DNA from: Vicugna vicugna
Taxonomy: Eukaryota
Direction of reading: 5' to 3'
Assembly (NCBI GenBank): GCA_013265495.1
Contig: MU057781.1
Coordinates: 808,001 to 872,000, forward strand
Length of the DNA stretch: 64,000 nucleotides
The notes under the pieces were generated by a model. It saw nothing but the letters and a program-made list of their open reading frames with translations. It did not search any database and was not told the origin of the DNA. A program made the translations under genes and the position numbers. Positions 11,431 through 24,250 of this stretch are shown here, one piece after another. Each line of letters opens with the position of its first letter. The first letter of the stretch is position 1.

Positions 11431-14039
11431 TGCAGTACCTCCAGTGGAGTCCTGTCAGGTTCTGTTCCCAGCCAGGCCTGTGAGATGTGGCAGGCATCCC
11501 TTATAATTCTCCAGTCACCCCCACCGTCACCCTCATAGTCCACAGGGCAGGGTGAAGGGTCCAGACCTTCCCCTGCAGGGTGGTCAGACAGAACAAAGTC
11601 AGTCTTGCAGACCCAGGGCTTCCAGGCTGGAGCACAAGAGAACAAATATTTCCAACAGGATCTGTGACTGGCAGGGGAGGATCCAGCTTCCCTGGGCTCT
11701 GTGTTTGCCACGCAAAGACCTCCCAGAGGCCTGGGGGGCGGGGATGATGACAAGACTGACCACCTCAGGGAGGCCTGGTCGGCAGGTGCTCCCACTTGTC
11801 CCTGGACCTAGGGCGGGTGCTAGCACATGGCAGAGGGTGCTTAGTGACACCAGTGGCCTCACCCAGGCTCTCATCTTTTCCCTCCCAGCAACTGCCTGGG
11901 CTCGAGACATGCCACAAGGTGGCCTGGGCCAAGCCTCGGGGCCCACTCCAGCTCTCACACCTTTGTGCTCTGGGCACTGGCTCTGGAGAAACCACGGTTC
12001 CCGCCCCATGGCTCTGGCCCGAGGCCCCCTTCAATCAGACACCTCGGTCCCATCTCAGGCGCACCTGGCTTTGGGAGCGCGGGGCTGCGCTGCAAGACAG
12101 CCACCTGCCAGCCACTCAGGTGAGCGCCAGGACGGGAAGCAGCGGCAGGCCAGGGCGGGGGCGACTGCCAGGCAGCCTGGAACAGGCCAGCAGCCATGGC
12201 TGCGCTCCTTCCGGTCCTAGGGAGGCCCCAGGGAGTCTCCCATCTCATGGGAGGGACAGAGAGGATGACAAAGGCATAATTATGTGCTGGGCGCTGGGCG
12301 GGGCTCAGCAGGCTCTCCTACGGATGATGGCCAAGAGGGACACTGAGCTGGGACTTGGAGGAGTTACCCTAAAAGACTGGAGGGGCAGGGCTGGTGATGT
12401 GATGGGGGCCAGCAGGAGATCAGAGAGTGTGGGGAACAGGCTGCCATGGGGTGAGTCCTGGGTCTCCTCCAGGTCCCAGCCGAGGACCTCGGTCAGAGGT
12501 GGGCACAGTCGGTCACTTCCCAGAGCACCTCTGCTGCCCTCCTGCCAGCTTGCGGTAACCCGCTCAGCCCTAATGAGGTGCTGAACAGTCTCCTGTCACC
12601 CTCTGTGCCACCACGCTGCCCACCTGCCCATCTGTCAGTCTGCTGGCACCCTGGGCAGAGCAGGCCAAGGGCTGGGTGCTGGGCAGGCCTGCCAGTGGCG
12701 GTGGTGCCAGCGGCCAGGAAGCGAGGGCTTCAGGGCCAAAGTCCGGGATCGAGAGAAAGGCTCCTGGCCCGGCTTTCCCTCAGTCGGGGCCACTCGGAAG
12801 CCCCTGCCCAGCCCCTCAGGCTGTCCGCTCAGGGCCCTGCCTGTCGGGGACTCCTCTCTCTGGGCTCGGCACTCCTCACCGACCGGCCTGCAAAGGGATG
12901 GCCCTGGAGGGGCCACAGAGCTGGGGACACTGGGTCAGGAGGAAGGAGGAGCATGTGGGGTCAGCACCCAGGACCCCGGGCTGATGAAGCCCCTCTGAAG
13001 GACATCCCAGGGCCTTCTAGAAACAAGAACGGAGGTGGGAGTGGGGCAGGTTTGCTGGCTGAAGTCCTAAACAGCCACCCCTTAAAATGCAAACCGATAT
13101 CCCAGTCTGCTGGCGTTTTTAAAAAGGACTAGGCGCACAGCAGGGTGGGTCCTCTCTGCACTGACACCCACCTCAGCTGGGGGAGCTGCAAGGTGGTCCT
13201 GGGCCCTCCATGCCCCTTACACCCCCACAACACACACCACTGCCCACCGCCCCCACCCCCTGCCACAGCCCTTCCGGAAGCCCAGCACATGCTCGGGAGC
13301 ATCTGTCTTCCCGCCCCAAACTGCTCCTCCTGCTGACACCTGGGAGCTACCCCGGCAGCCCCTCTTCCTCACCTCAGCCCCAGGGAACTTTCACAGGGTC
13401 CCCATCTCCAGCCTTCCCAGCTAACAGACTTGAGCAGCCCAAGTGGCCTCGTGGGGCCCCTTCTCCCTCTGTGGCACATGCTTGCTCAAGCATCGCCCTC
13501 CTGGGCACTCTTTCTGGACACCCCCATCCACACAAAGTCCCCTGTGCCCATACTGACACGCCCCCACCCGTGGTACCTTACCAGCTCAGAGCTAACGCAG
13601 ACCCCCAGCTCCCTGTGTCCCCAGTGCCCAGCAGGCATTTTGAGCACGCTGGCACCTGTGCTGAGCAGGTGGGCAGCCTCTGGCCAGTCCCCATTCCAGT
13701 GCCAGCAGGGGTCCCTGTTGCCTGGCCATTCTGCTCCAAAGTCAGACCCACTCAGCTCTGGAAGGAGGACGCTGCAAAGGCCTGGGGGTGCAGGCAGCTG
13801 TCAGGCCTCTCTGGGTCCAGCAGTCACAGGGAGGGGCCGGCTGACCCCGCAGAGGTGGTCGTGTCAGGTGCCTGAGGCCTCCTGGGGGGATCCCCCACTT
13901 CGCGGGGAAGTGCTGGTGTCTGCTGGAACCCAGGCCTTGCAAAGGACAAGCGCTTGCTCCGCTCTCAGGCCTCCCCTAGGGCTGCCTGTGGCCGGACTTG
14001 CTCAGGGCCTCCATCCTCAGCCCTGTACAGTGGGGGGCA

Positions 14040-15900
14040 GTGGGGCGCCGCGAGGTTCCCGCGGGTCCCCTGGCTCCGCCCGGGCTGCTCTCGGCCGGCT
14101 CCCCGCGCCGCGCGGCCGCCGGAGGGCCAGGCCAAGCGGCGCCGCGGCGGCCCCACTGTCCGCGGCGGCGCCAGGGCTGGCAACCCCGGCGCATGTCCGA
14201 GCCTGGCAGGCCCTTGCGGGCTCGGAGGGGCGGGGCCCGCAAGCAGCGGCGTCCGGGTCGTCAGGACAACCGGCCGCCCGCGGGTCTCCGGTGTCCAGTC
14301 AAGCACAGCGAGCCCAGCTAAAGGGGCCAAGGGGGCCGAGCCGGGCCGGGCCGCGCCCGGGGCAAGGTCACTGAAACAGGCTGGGCCCTGGGGGCGTCCC
14401 GGGACGGGGTCCCGGGCTGCGTGCGGGACGCACAAGTGCTCGGGAAAGTCTAGAGCTTGTGCTGGGCGGGGGTCCCTAGTCCGCTTGGTGCCTCCACCTC
14501 CCACTCCTAACAGCGGCTAGGCTGCGCGCGCCAGAGAGCCCCGCTCTCTCTCGGGGAAGTCAGTCCTTTCCATTGTGAACTGGTCGCGTGGCGCCCTGGC
14601 CCCTCCAGTAGCGGCGGGGTCGCACAGGACTCGCTGTTACCCTGGAGCCCCAGGGGCACGAGACTGATACTTCAGGAAGGGGATCACCCTCCCTAACCTT
14701 GCTGCGGGCAGCCCAGAACCAGGCGCTCGCCCTGTCGTCACCCAGGAAGGTGCCAGCACAGGGGGGGGGTCGCCAAATGCCCCCCACGCAGCGAGGGCGA
14801 GACTGGGCCGCTGCAGCGTGGCCGCCGGTGTCTCCTCGGCGCCCTGCGTCTCCTCGGCCCGGCCTGCCCGCTTCCTGCTCGCGCCGCCGGGACTTCCTCC
14901 CCGCAGAGCCCGGGTGGCTACCCGGGCGCCAGACCCGGAGGCGGGGAACCCGGGGGTTCGGGGAGTGAGGAAGGGCCCGGGCCAGGGCCAGGACCAGGAG
15001 GGGAGCAAGGAAGACACCCTGGGGCCGGGAGGGGCAGGCGCCCCAGCTGGGCCCGGGGCAGGGAGCGAAGGGTCCCTAGAGCAGGGGCTGGGGCAGGTCT
15101 CCCGCCGCCCTCCGGCGCCGGCTCTCCAGTCCTTTCCGCGGGCGCTCGCGGCCCGCGTCGCCGGGGGTGGAGCGCAGCCCTGCCCCATCCTGCCCCATCC
15201 TGCCCCATCTCGGCGGGGCTCCGCAGTGCGTCTCCACGCCGAGTGTGGAGGCCGCACGGCCCGGCGCGCGTCTGTGGGCGCGGGTGCCCCGCGCGCCCCT
15301 CCCCGCGCCCCCGGCCCGCGCGCGGAGGCCGCCCCGAGCGGAGCTTTGTGACGTCAGGCGGCCGGCGGGCGGCGTCACGCGCGGGGCTGACCCGGCGCGG
15401 GGCGGGGGCCGGGCCGGGACGCGGAGCATGGAGCCGCGGGCCGGCTGCCGGCTGCCCGTGCGGGTGGAGCAGGTCGTCAACGGCGCGCTGCTGGTCACCG
15501 TGAGCTGTGGCGAGCGCAGCTTCGCAGGGATCCTGCTGGACTGCACGAAAAAGTGAGCGGGGGCGGGGGCGCGGGCCCCGGGACACCCCTGGAATCGCCT
15601 CGGGACCCCCCCACCCCAAGCTGGCCCAGCGCCGGGACCGGCTCCAGGGCGGGGCGGCGCGGCGCCGGCGCCCGCTTTCGGTTTCCCCGGCCACGGTTTC
15701 GGGGTGCGCGAGCGCGGCCGCCACTCGGGGGGCGAAAGTGGTTCTCAAAGTCGTCGCGACTTTTCGGGAGGGGGACTGGGCGGCCGGGCGGGGAGCGGCG
15801 GTGGGCGCCAAGCGGGAGCCTGGGCGCTGCGCGTGGAGCCCTAGAGCCCGCGCCCACCGCCGCGCAGCCCCGCTCCCCGAACTCCGCACGTCTGCCATAA
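14040..15900. promoter_or_regulatory. PWWP2B: CpG island / PWWP2B promoter
   Basis: Extremely CpG-dense region spanning exon 1. It has a perfect CRE TGACGTCA at 15349-15356, a second CGTCA near 15373, a GC box ggggcggggg near 15399, and no TATA box. Confidence 0.9.
15428..15552 (+). CDS. PWWP2B: PWWP2B coding exon 1
   Basis: ATG in strong Kozak context (agcATGg) encoding MEPRAGCRLPVRVEQVVNGALLVTVSCGERSFAGILLDCTK. The donor AA|GTGAGC is phase 2 and joins G at 24251 to give K-S-G-L-F-G. Confidence 0.96.
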
Positions 15901-18900
15901 TTAACGCACTTTTCTTTGTTCAGACGCACTGTTGAATTCGGCTGTCTTCCGAATTGTCATCCGTTGGGAGTGGGGGGGCGGGGAGTGGGTTCAGATGTGC
16001 GGCCGCACTTGCCCTGTCAGTTACTCACAAGTGGGGGTGCCATGCCTAATGTAATGGGGCCCCCAGGCTCCCAGGAGCCAGTCAGGGCTGAGGTTTGGGT
16101 TGGTGGAAAGCAGTTGTGTCCAGCGGCTGGGTTTGAAAACACTCTTTCGGGTCGAGGAGTCCCTGGTCCAGCAGGAATGAAAAGAGGCAAGTTGCAGAGC
16201 AGAGCCCTGAGCCCTGCCGGAGCTCAGCTTCTCTGGTGGAGGGGTCCCCGGGCTGGCCTGGGGCAAATCCACCCCGAGAGCACCTGTGCGCCGCTGCAGG
16301 GAGTCCTGCAGCGGGAAGGAGTCTCCTGGATACAGTGTCACATGGTAGTGAGCTGTCGCCCAGATAAATGATGAGGCATTAATCAGGCACTAATATTCTG
16401 GGCTCTGGCTGGGCCTTATTTCACACCCGGAGCAGTAAACGGCTCCCTTTGCAAAGGCCCAACTTTTCCCCTCAGTGGAGCACAGATTCTGTGCTGATGG
16501 CACGGACGTGGCAAGAGGACCACCACCTTTTGACAGTCACCCCTCTGGCATTATCTCTTCATTAACTGTGCCAGAGCCATTTACGTACAAGTCATGTGAC
16601 TTAACATATGGCCTCCCAGGTGACTGTCGCCCTGCTCCGTGCTGGCTACTGCAGAGAGTGCTTGGTGGGACTGAGTGATCCTCGAGGGCTGCCGCATAGC
16701 CACCTGGAAGCTGCCCAGCCTGCGCCCTGGGGTGGCTGAGGTTCCCTGTCACTGATGGCACCACTTCCTCCCTCAGGCAGGGCTGCCACCCTGGGCCTGT
16801 TCCTGCTCCTGCCTCTGTGCAGGGCTGCACTCCAGCTTTGCCTGCTCGGCCCTGCCTGGCTCTTCCTCCCTAGAGAGGGACACTTGCAAGAGAGGGTCCC
16901 CACTCTGTTATTTGGACTCCCTGACTCAGGACAGGGGAGGCTCCGGGGCCGACTTGTGGTTAGGGATGTCTGCAGAGGCTGCAGACTCCCCTCCCTTTCT
17001 CTCTGCCTCCAGCCGGGGCTCTGGTTCCTGAGGCCTGTGGATAACCTGGTTTGGCCTTGTGGAGGGAAGCAGGCTCTGCTGGGATCCCAGCAGGGGAACT
17101 GGCAGCTGTGGGGCGCGTGGGCGTCAACCCCGCCACGGCCACATTCGGCTGTAACCGGAGCCGCCCACGGAACCAGGAGCTGGGCCACGGTGGGCACAGC
17201 TCTGCTCAGCAGCGCCTCTCTCTGACTTGTGTTGCTCCCCCACCCCCATCCCTGCAGAGAATCTGAGGATCAGCCTGGCCCCTCCCAGCTCCTCCAGTTG
17301 TCCGAGACTGGCCCTGAAGCTGCCTCCTCTCCCGCCCCTCCTCGCCTCTCCCCTGCTGGTCACCATCAGCTTCGCCGTGATCCCAGTTCTCTACTGTAAA
17401 TAGTAGGAGCTGCAGTGCTCGAGTTGACAGCCGGCTGGCCGGGCAGGGTTTAGAGGCAGCCTACATCCAGCCCGGGTGTTTCTGGCAGAGAGGATCCGGC
17501 CTCCGGCCTCGGGGACCCGGAGCCCACTGCCTTCCTTGGGGCCAGTTTCTCCTCAGGGCGCCCCCGCCCCTACGTGTCTGTGGAGGGTGTGGGCAGTGAC
17601 AGGCAGGCCAGAGCAGCTGGGAGCTCCGGTCCCACATGCCCGCACACCCCCGGGAGCCTACGGGCCCCACAGCAGTGGGCTGGTGCCAGGTCTGTTCCGG
17701 GCAGCAGGCCGCAGCCACCCTGTGCCCGCGATGCAGCAGCCAGGCGTGTGCCAGTGACTCCTGCATCAGCGCTCCTCAAGTGCCTGCGTAGACCTGGGGC
17801 CTGGGAGAGCAGACTGGTCCCCGGGGGGCATTCATGCAGGCTCCCGGGTCCCCTCCTGGAGCGGGGCCCAGCAGCCACCCTGCACTGGAGAGGCAGTGCC
17901 CCCTCCAGCCCCCACCCCCCACCCCACCGGCTCTCTGGAAGCTCTGTGCTGAGCTTCCATCCTTCCGCAGAGGGAAGAGGAGCTCCTAGAGGCCAGCTCG
18001 AGGTCTCAGCAGGTGCATGGAGCTGCTGGGTGGGTGCCCAGGGCCTCCTCCCATCTGAGTCTCCAACCTGCATGAGTGCTGCCTGGCTCCCTCATTCACA
18101 TACATTCACTGAGCTCCTACTGTGTGTTGCGTGCGGGGAGGTGGCCTAAGTCCTGGGCATTCTTCTGTGGTGGAAGGGTCCTCCTGGCGTCTCCGCAAGG
18201 CAGTGATTCCTTCTGACATATAAGGGTGCAGAAGGCCCGTGCCTGCCCTAACCCCGGAGCTCCAGCGCTCCAGGCGAAGGGGCGGGGTGGGTGTGGGCGT
18301 GGTTCTCTGGGTGATTTAGGGGTGTGCCTCTGGTTGAGGACCTCTGGTGGGATGACCCTGGCTAGGGCTGGGGGCTTGAAGACAGCAAAGGCTCAGAGTG
18401 TTGAAGGGCTGGTCAAACAGACAGTGGGCATGAGGGCCAGCTGCCTGTCAGATCTGGCCAACCTGCAGCTTCTGGCCTTGACCTCCAAGCTGGTGTTTCT
18501 CAAACTTCCCCAGTGTGAGTCACCCAGGGCGCCATCACCACGCGAGACTCCTGGGTCCTGCTGCTGGAAGGCTGGGTGCTGCTGGCCTTTGTGGGCCCCC
18601 CCCAGACTTCTGGAGACTCAGCCAGCCAAGACTCCCAGCCACAGCCTGGCCCTGGGCGGGAGGGCACCCCTGCACCATCCTGGGTGCACCCTATCCCAGG
18701 AGGCTTGGTGCCTGGCAGCCGCTCCTGGGACAATTCACAGGGCCAGTGAGGACGGGACCCGCTGGGCTGCCTGGGCTGCCTGCCCTGCCCTCTGGGAACT
18801 AGAGGGACTGAGAGCAAGGTGCTTGGTGCACCATCGGGTGGCTGTGGGCAGGTGCCCCACAAAGGGACCTGGCCGGCGCGGCTGGGTTCTAGGTCTGCTC

Positions 18901-21412
18901 CAGGGGAAGGGTGGGGGTGTGGGCTGGGAGCCCGGCCTTGTGCTCTGGGGCTGCCTTCGGAGGGCTTGGAGGGGAACGCAGGCATCTGGGTTTTCCTGGG
19001 ATGATGCCGATGAGTTTTAACCCTTTGCTCCAGGACTCTGGGGGCCACGGCGCCAGCGGAGACCCTGGGCTGATACCTGTTGGGGAGGGGCGGGGCCCCT
19101 GTGCAGCCCTGGATGAGGGGCCGCTCTGGTGTCCGGGCTGCAGCTCTCCCTGTGTCCTTGAGCACAGGGGCTTCCAGGCCTGCTGAGGTCCTGCGTGCCT
19201 GCCCCGCCTCCCTGGGGCTCCTGCCCTGTGGCTGGCTGGTTGCGGGGCTGTGGGAGAGAGAAACTGCTGTGTATTTTCTAGACTAGCACTGGGGCGTACA
19301 GCCCGGCTGCAGGGTGGGCCTTGCCGTCTGGACTCAGGCTTGTCTTGGGGCTGCAGGCTCCTGCCCACATGGGAGCTTCCATGGGCCCCTGGCCCCTGGG
19401 ACATGTCTGTTCCAGGAGCCACATCTCGCCTCTTTACAGGGCACCAGCGTGGTCTCTCCCCCGGGGAGGGCGAGGAAGGTCCAGGGCAGGCGTGGACCTG
19501 GCTAGGGTCAGAGCTGCCATTGGGCACCAAAGGCGCCCTGGCCGGAGCCTGCAGAGCGGGAAGGCCGAGGGGCAGCTGTGAGCTCTGGCAGGCGGCCGGG
19601 CTGTGCTGCTGCTGGCCGTGGGCCCACTCAGGCCCGGCTGCTTGGGGATGTGCTAGGCTGCATGCACAAGCGAGCCCCAGAGATGTGGGTGAGCGGGGCT
19701 TGGCCACTGGTGTCCCACGGACTGCAGGCCAGGCCGCCCCTCTCTGGGCCCCTGGGGCCGAGCCCCCCCGGCAGAGTGGAAAGTGACCCTGGAGGCTCTG
19801 TCTTCTGTCCCTGTGGGGAAATAACTCTGCCTTTGGGCTTGACCCGTGTTCAAGCCTCCTGGCTGAAGCTCCCTGTGAGAACCTGGCATCCCAGGCCCTG
19901 CCTTCCCGGCCTCTCCTTAGAGCTCAGGCCGTTTACCCCTCCCCCAGCTCCCCAAGGACGCAACGCAGAGTCAGCCTCAGGGCCCTGGGGTTTTCTGTGA
20001 GGAGGTGCTGGCCAGCTGGCTCCTCCTGGGAGTCACCCAGTCCCCGGGGCCCTGCTCCTTCTCCCCACCCTCAGGTAGAGCCCACCTGGGTGGGCCCAGT
20101 GCATCCAGACCCTCAGCACAGCAGAGGGCAGGACGGCGGGGGCACCTGGGCCCCTCGCCCTGGGCCTGGCAGGTCATCTCTCTGGCTGCAGGGCCACCCC
20201 AGCCCTCTGCCTGCCGAGGCCCTGCAGTGTCCCCTGCAATGCTCTGCTAGGCTGACCGGCCTCCATCCCTGGATGCTGGCCAGTGTGGGCACAGCCTGGC
20301 CTCATCTGGACAGGCCACAGAGCCTCAGCGGTGCTACGCCTTGTGCCCGGGGGTCCAGGTACTGCCCCACTGGATCGGGTTGCTGAGGTCCTTCCCAGAG
20401 AGACTGGCCTGTGCTGCTGTCCCCGTGCCTGGGGGCAGTGGCGCCGGGACACAGTCATGGACCCCGCCTGTCACCTGCCTGGCTGGGCTCCCTGGTCTCC
20501 CCCCACCTCACTGTGCCATCAGAAAAGTGGCAGTGGCGGTGATGGGGGACTTGTGGGGCTATTGACGGGGTGCCTGTTGCATGACCTGCAGCCTGGGAGC
20601 CATTGTTTACCTGCCCGGCAGCCATGGGTGGGGCCAGGGCCCTGCGGCCACTCTGGGAAGGAAGTCAGGCTGCCTGCAATGTTGCAGCGGTGGTGCCCCT
20701 CCGTGCGGCCACAGCTGCCGTCTGGAAGGACCCCCGCCCAGGCCACAGCCATGGCCCCGTGGGCAGAGGGAGTGTGCACCCCCGGCAGGGACAGGCCTGC
20801 TCTCCTGCCCCGGGCACTGCTCACAGCCAGGGCTGCTTCCCAGTTAGACCTACCAGGGCAGGGAGGGGTCGACTGCCAGACCCGGCCTATGTCTGGTGGG
20901 CTCAGGCCTGGCCCCCCCAGGGGCCCACAGGTTAGGGCCCTGGCTTAAGTCAAAGCCTGGATCTCCGGCCAAGAGACCCCCTGATGGGTGTATGCAACAA
21001 ACAGGGGGCAAACACCTCCCCGGCTGGAGCCGAGCTGTGGGGTCTTTGGGGACAGGTGACTTACCCCACCACCCCACCCACCCCGGCTGTGCATGGAGGC
21101 CTGCTGAGGGGGGCTCCTGGAGGGAGAATGGGGTTGTGGGGGGCCGGCGGAGGCCTGCCCAGGGGTCCTGCTCCTGGGGTTCCTGAGGTCCTGGAGCCCC
21201 AGCTGGCAGGAGGGGCTCTGCAAAGCACAGGCAGGCTGATCTCAGGGCACAGGCCAGGGCATGGTGGGCGGGAGGGAACCCGAGAACGGGATACGGGCAG
21301 GGTCCTAGAGGGATGACAGTACAGGGGCCTGGGAAGGTGGGGCAGTGGGCATGCAGATGAAGAGGGGGGATCTCAGAGTGACAGTTCATGGCCTGATGTG
21401 TGGGACGCTCTG

Positions 21413-21478
21413 GTGTGTGTGTATGTACGATAGTGTGTAGGTATATGTGTGTGCATGCATGTGCATACGCACGCACAA
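21413..21478. repeat. (TG/CA)-rich alternating purine-pyrimidine tract
   Basis: tgtgtgtgtatg...tgtgtgtgcatgcatgtgcatacgcacgcaca. Confidence 0.8.
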
Positions 21479-24250
21479 GCCTGGGTGTGAGCAGAAGTTT
21501 AGTGTGCAGAATGCTCCGTCTGTTCTGAATGCCCACAAGGGGCTTGCTGAAGGGAAGAACCAGGTGCTGATTTCAGTATGGGGTCCAGTCCTGGGACTCA
21601 AGTGAGGTTTGGTGACACACCAGCCTGTCATGACCCTGGGTTGGGGCAGGCAGCTATGGGCAGGGCCTTACCTCCCACACCTGGACTCAGGCGGACTTTT
21701 CCTGTAAAGAGCTGGACAATGACTATGTTCGGCCTGGTGGCTGCACAGCACCCGTCACAGGCTCAGCAGTGCCGCGGGGCGGCCCGTAGCCCGCACGCCT
21801 GGCTGGGTGCTGGTCAGACCTGACTTCAGCGTGGCTGCCTTGGCCGGCGGGCCGTGAGGCGTGGGGTTTGTGCGCCTGTCTCTGCCTGGTGCCCGGCCTA
21901 GGGCTGGTGCGGCGGCGGCTGATAGCTGAGGGTGTGGCCTTGGAGCCCCCTTTCCCACCCCTCTTCCGCTGAAAGTCTCTGCCCATCCTGGTGTGGAGGT
22001 CACGCGGGCCCACTTCCCAAGGCGCTGCAGGAGCCGGCGCCCGGGCCCAGCGTGCGGCCACCACTTGCAGGGGTGACTGTGGTTGTTGCCGTTTGCCAGC
22101 TGGGACACGGAGGCCTGTGGCTGCAGGGGCCCTAGTGGGTGCCAGCCCAGTGGGGATGGCTTGGTCCTCCCAGGGAAGGGGCCCATGGAGAGTCACACGC
22201 CCAGCAGGTGATGGGGAGGGGATGTGGGGGAGAACCACCATGACGGGCCCGGGCCCGGAGCAGAATCCCACCTCAGAGGGAGCCAGGTCCCCTGCTGCGG
22301 CCCGCGCTGGACGCTTCCCCCAGGCCGGTCCTGCTGCCCCCCGTTTCTGTACCCCGCCCCCGTCTCAGTCACAGGTCACAGGTTGCAGGTCAGCCGTCTG
22401 AATGAGCGGCATCCCCTGTGGCCAAGGCCCTGGCTTGCTGGAGCCTCTGGGCGTTGATGAGAACGTGACCTCCTCCACTCCCTGCAGCTCTACCTACCTA
22501 GACGTTCGCCTCGGGGGTGGGGTGGGCCTCGAAGAGAAGGAGTCACACTTGACAGGACAAAGGAGAAAATAAAGTTTGATGTGACTTGGGGCTTTTACCA
22601 GGGATAGTGAGTCAAAGGGAAGGTGGGTGGTGGTCCCCTGGCGGGGGGCCCCTCCCACGTCGGGCTGCCAGGGACTCAACAACCCTGCGGCCGCTCGCCT
22701 GTCCCCCCCGCACGTGGGCCTCCTGCCTGGCTCCGGATCCCCGCTTCTCACGCCACCTGCACCCGCTCCCCCCGGCCGCGTCCCTGGGCCTGGTCTGGAG
22801 GGCCAGGGAGCCCTCCCGCCGTGGGTGCCTAGGGGCACCCGCTGGGGACAGGGCTGTCGCGGGTGGTCGGCCCTTCTCAGCGGCCGAGAGCCCTCCGGGG
22901 AGCAGCACGTGCCGGGGCCCTCTGGAAACTGAGGCGCAGCAAAGCCCACTGCTGGTTCCACTCTGATTAAATACAAACGGGAGGGAAAGACTGAGGTGCG
23001 GCGTTCTACACCTCACCTCGCTCAGCGTGGCTGGAAGTCTGGTTTATGCTTAAAAATGAAAACTGGCAGTTTTTAGCTAAAGCAGTCTTACGAAGTAAGT
23101 CGCACGTGTGCGAGGTCACGTGTCGCCGTGGGAAGAGCTGCGGACTCCGGCTTGGCTTCGGTTGTTTGGAGCAGCCTGGCCTCCTGCGGCACCGTGACCG
23201 GCTCCGTGACCAGACACGGCTTCCCAGCAGTCACAGCATGTGGTTCTGGGGGCGCCGGTGGCCCTTGACAGGCACTGCCCACCGACTTCCAGCCGCAAAC
23301 CCCAGATCTGAGTGGAGGCCGCTGGCCCTGCGCTTCCCGCGGAGACGGTCCCGGCTGGGGAGCCCCGGGGGTGCTGGCCGCGCTCAGCCTCGGCTGTGGG
23401 CCTCGTGGGAGGCGGGCCCCCTGCCCTCTCTGGCCCCTTCCCCTGGGTCACGTGGCCTTATTGGTGCCACCTGGCGCCCTCTGACCTGGGGCTGGGGATC
23501 CTGAGGGAAGGGGCTGAGGGTGCCAGGCAGGAGGGGCGGTCCTCGCAGGTCGTGATGGGCAGGGGCGGCCTGGGTGACACCCTTACCTGAGGGCGGTAGA
23601 AACAGTTGGGGCCACCTTAGCACTCAGGAGGGAGCAGGTTGTCTCCCAGACCCAGGGCTTTGGTTTGGTGGGCGAGGCTGTCCTCACTGGGCTGTGGCTG
23701 TGGCTCTGGGCCTGGCCGTGTGTGGTCCCCACCCCCAGACACATGTCTGGTGCCTGGGACCCCGGTCCTGTGGGCTGTCCTGGGCCCTGGGGCTGGGGGT
23801 TCTCCCGGGGGCACACTCCTGGGAGTACTTCCCCCAGGGAGGGGGGAGTGAGCAGACCAGGCCTGTGAGCCGAGACCACTGGCTACAGAGCAGCTGGCCC
23901 CCAGTGGGCCGGGTCGGCCCCATGCCAGAACCCCAGCTCCCGTCCCCAGGCTTCCTGGGCCCCTAGGCCAACGCGGGGCCTCCAGCTTCGAGCCCCTGTT
24001 CTCCTTGTCGCCTGGAACTGAGGGGTGGACGCTCAGTGCCAGTGGGAATGGAGAGGTGGCCTCGATGCTACTTGCGTGACCTCGCCGTGTGGGTGCCCCT
24101 GTGGTGGGTGCTTGGGGCATCTGCCTCTCTCTGAAGCCTCCAGGTGCTCCACGACAGGACAGACCCCAGGTCCTGCTGGGCCCTCGGGGTGGGGGCTACG
24201 TGCGGGGCCCCCACTGCTCTGACTCTGCCTTTCTGTCTCCCCACTGCCAG

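Noticed and set aside
15167..15427. In-frame GTG-initiated extension upstream of the PWWP2B ATG
   Set aside because: Stops are rare in a CpG island, the region overlaps promoter motifs, and ATG 15428 has a strong Kozak context.
24144..24250. ORF-track N-terminal extension of PWWP2B exon 2
   Set aside because: Intronic: it lies upstream of the clear acceptor at 24250 and starts at GTG, not ATG.
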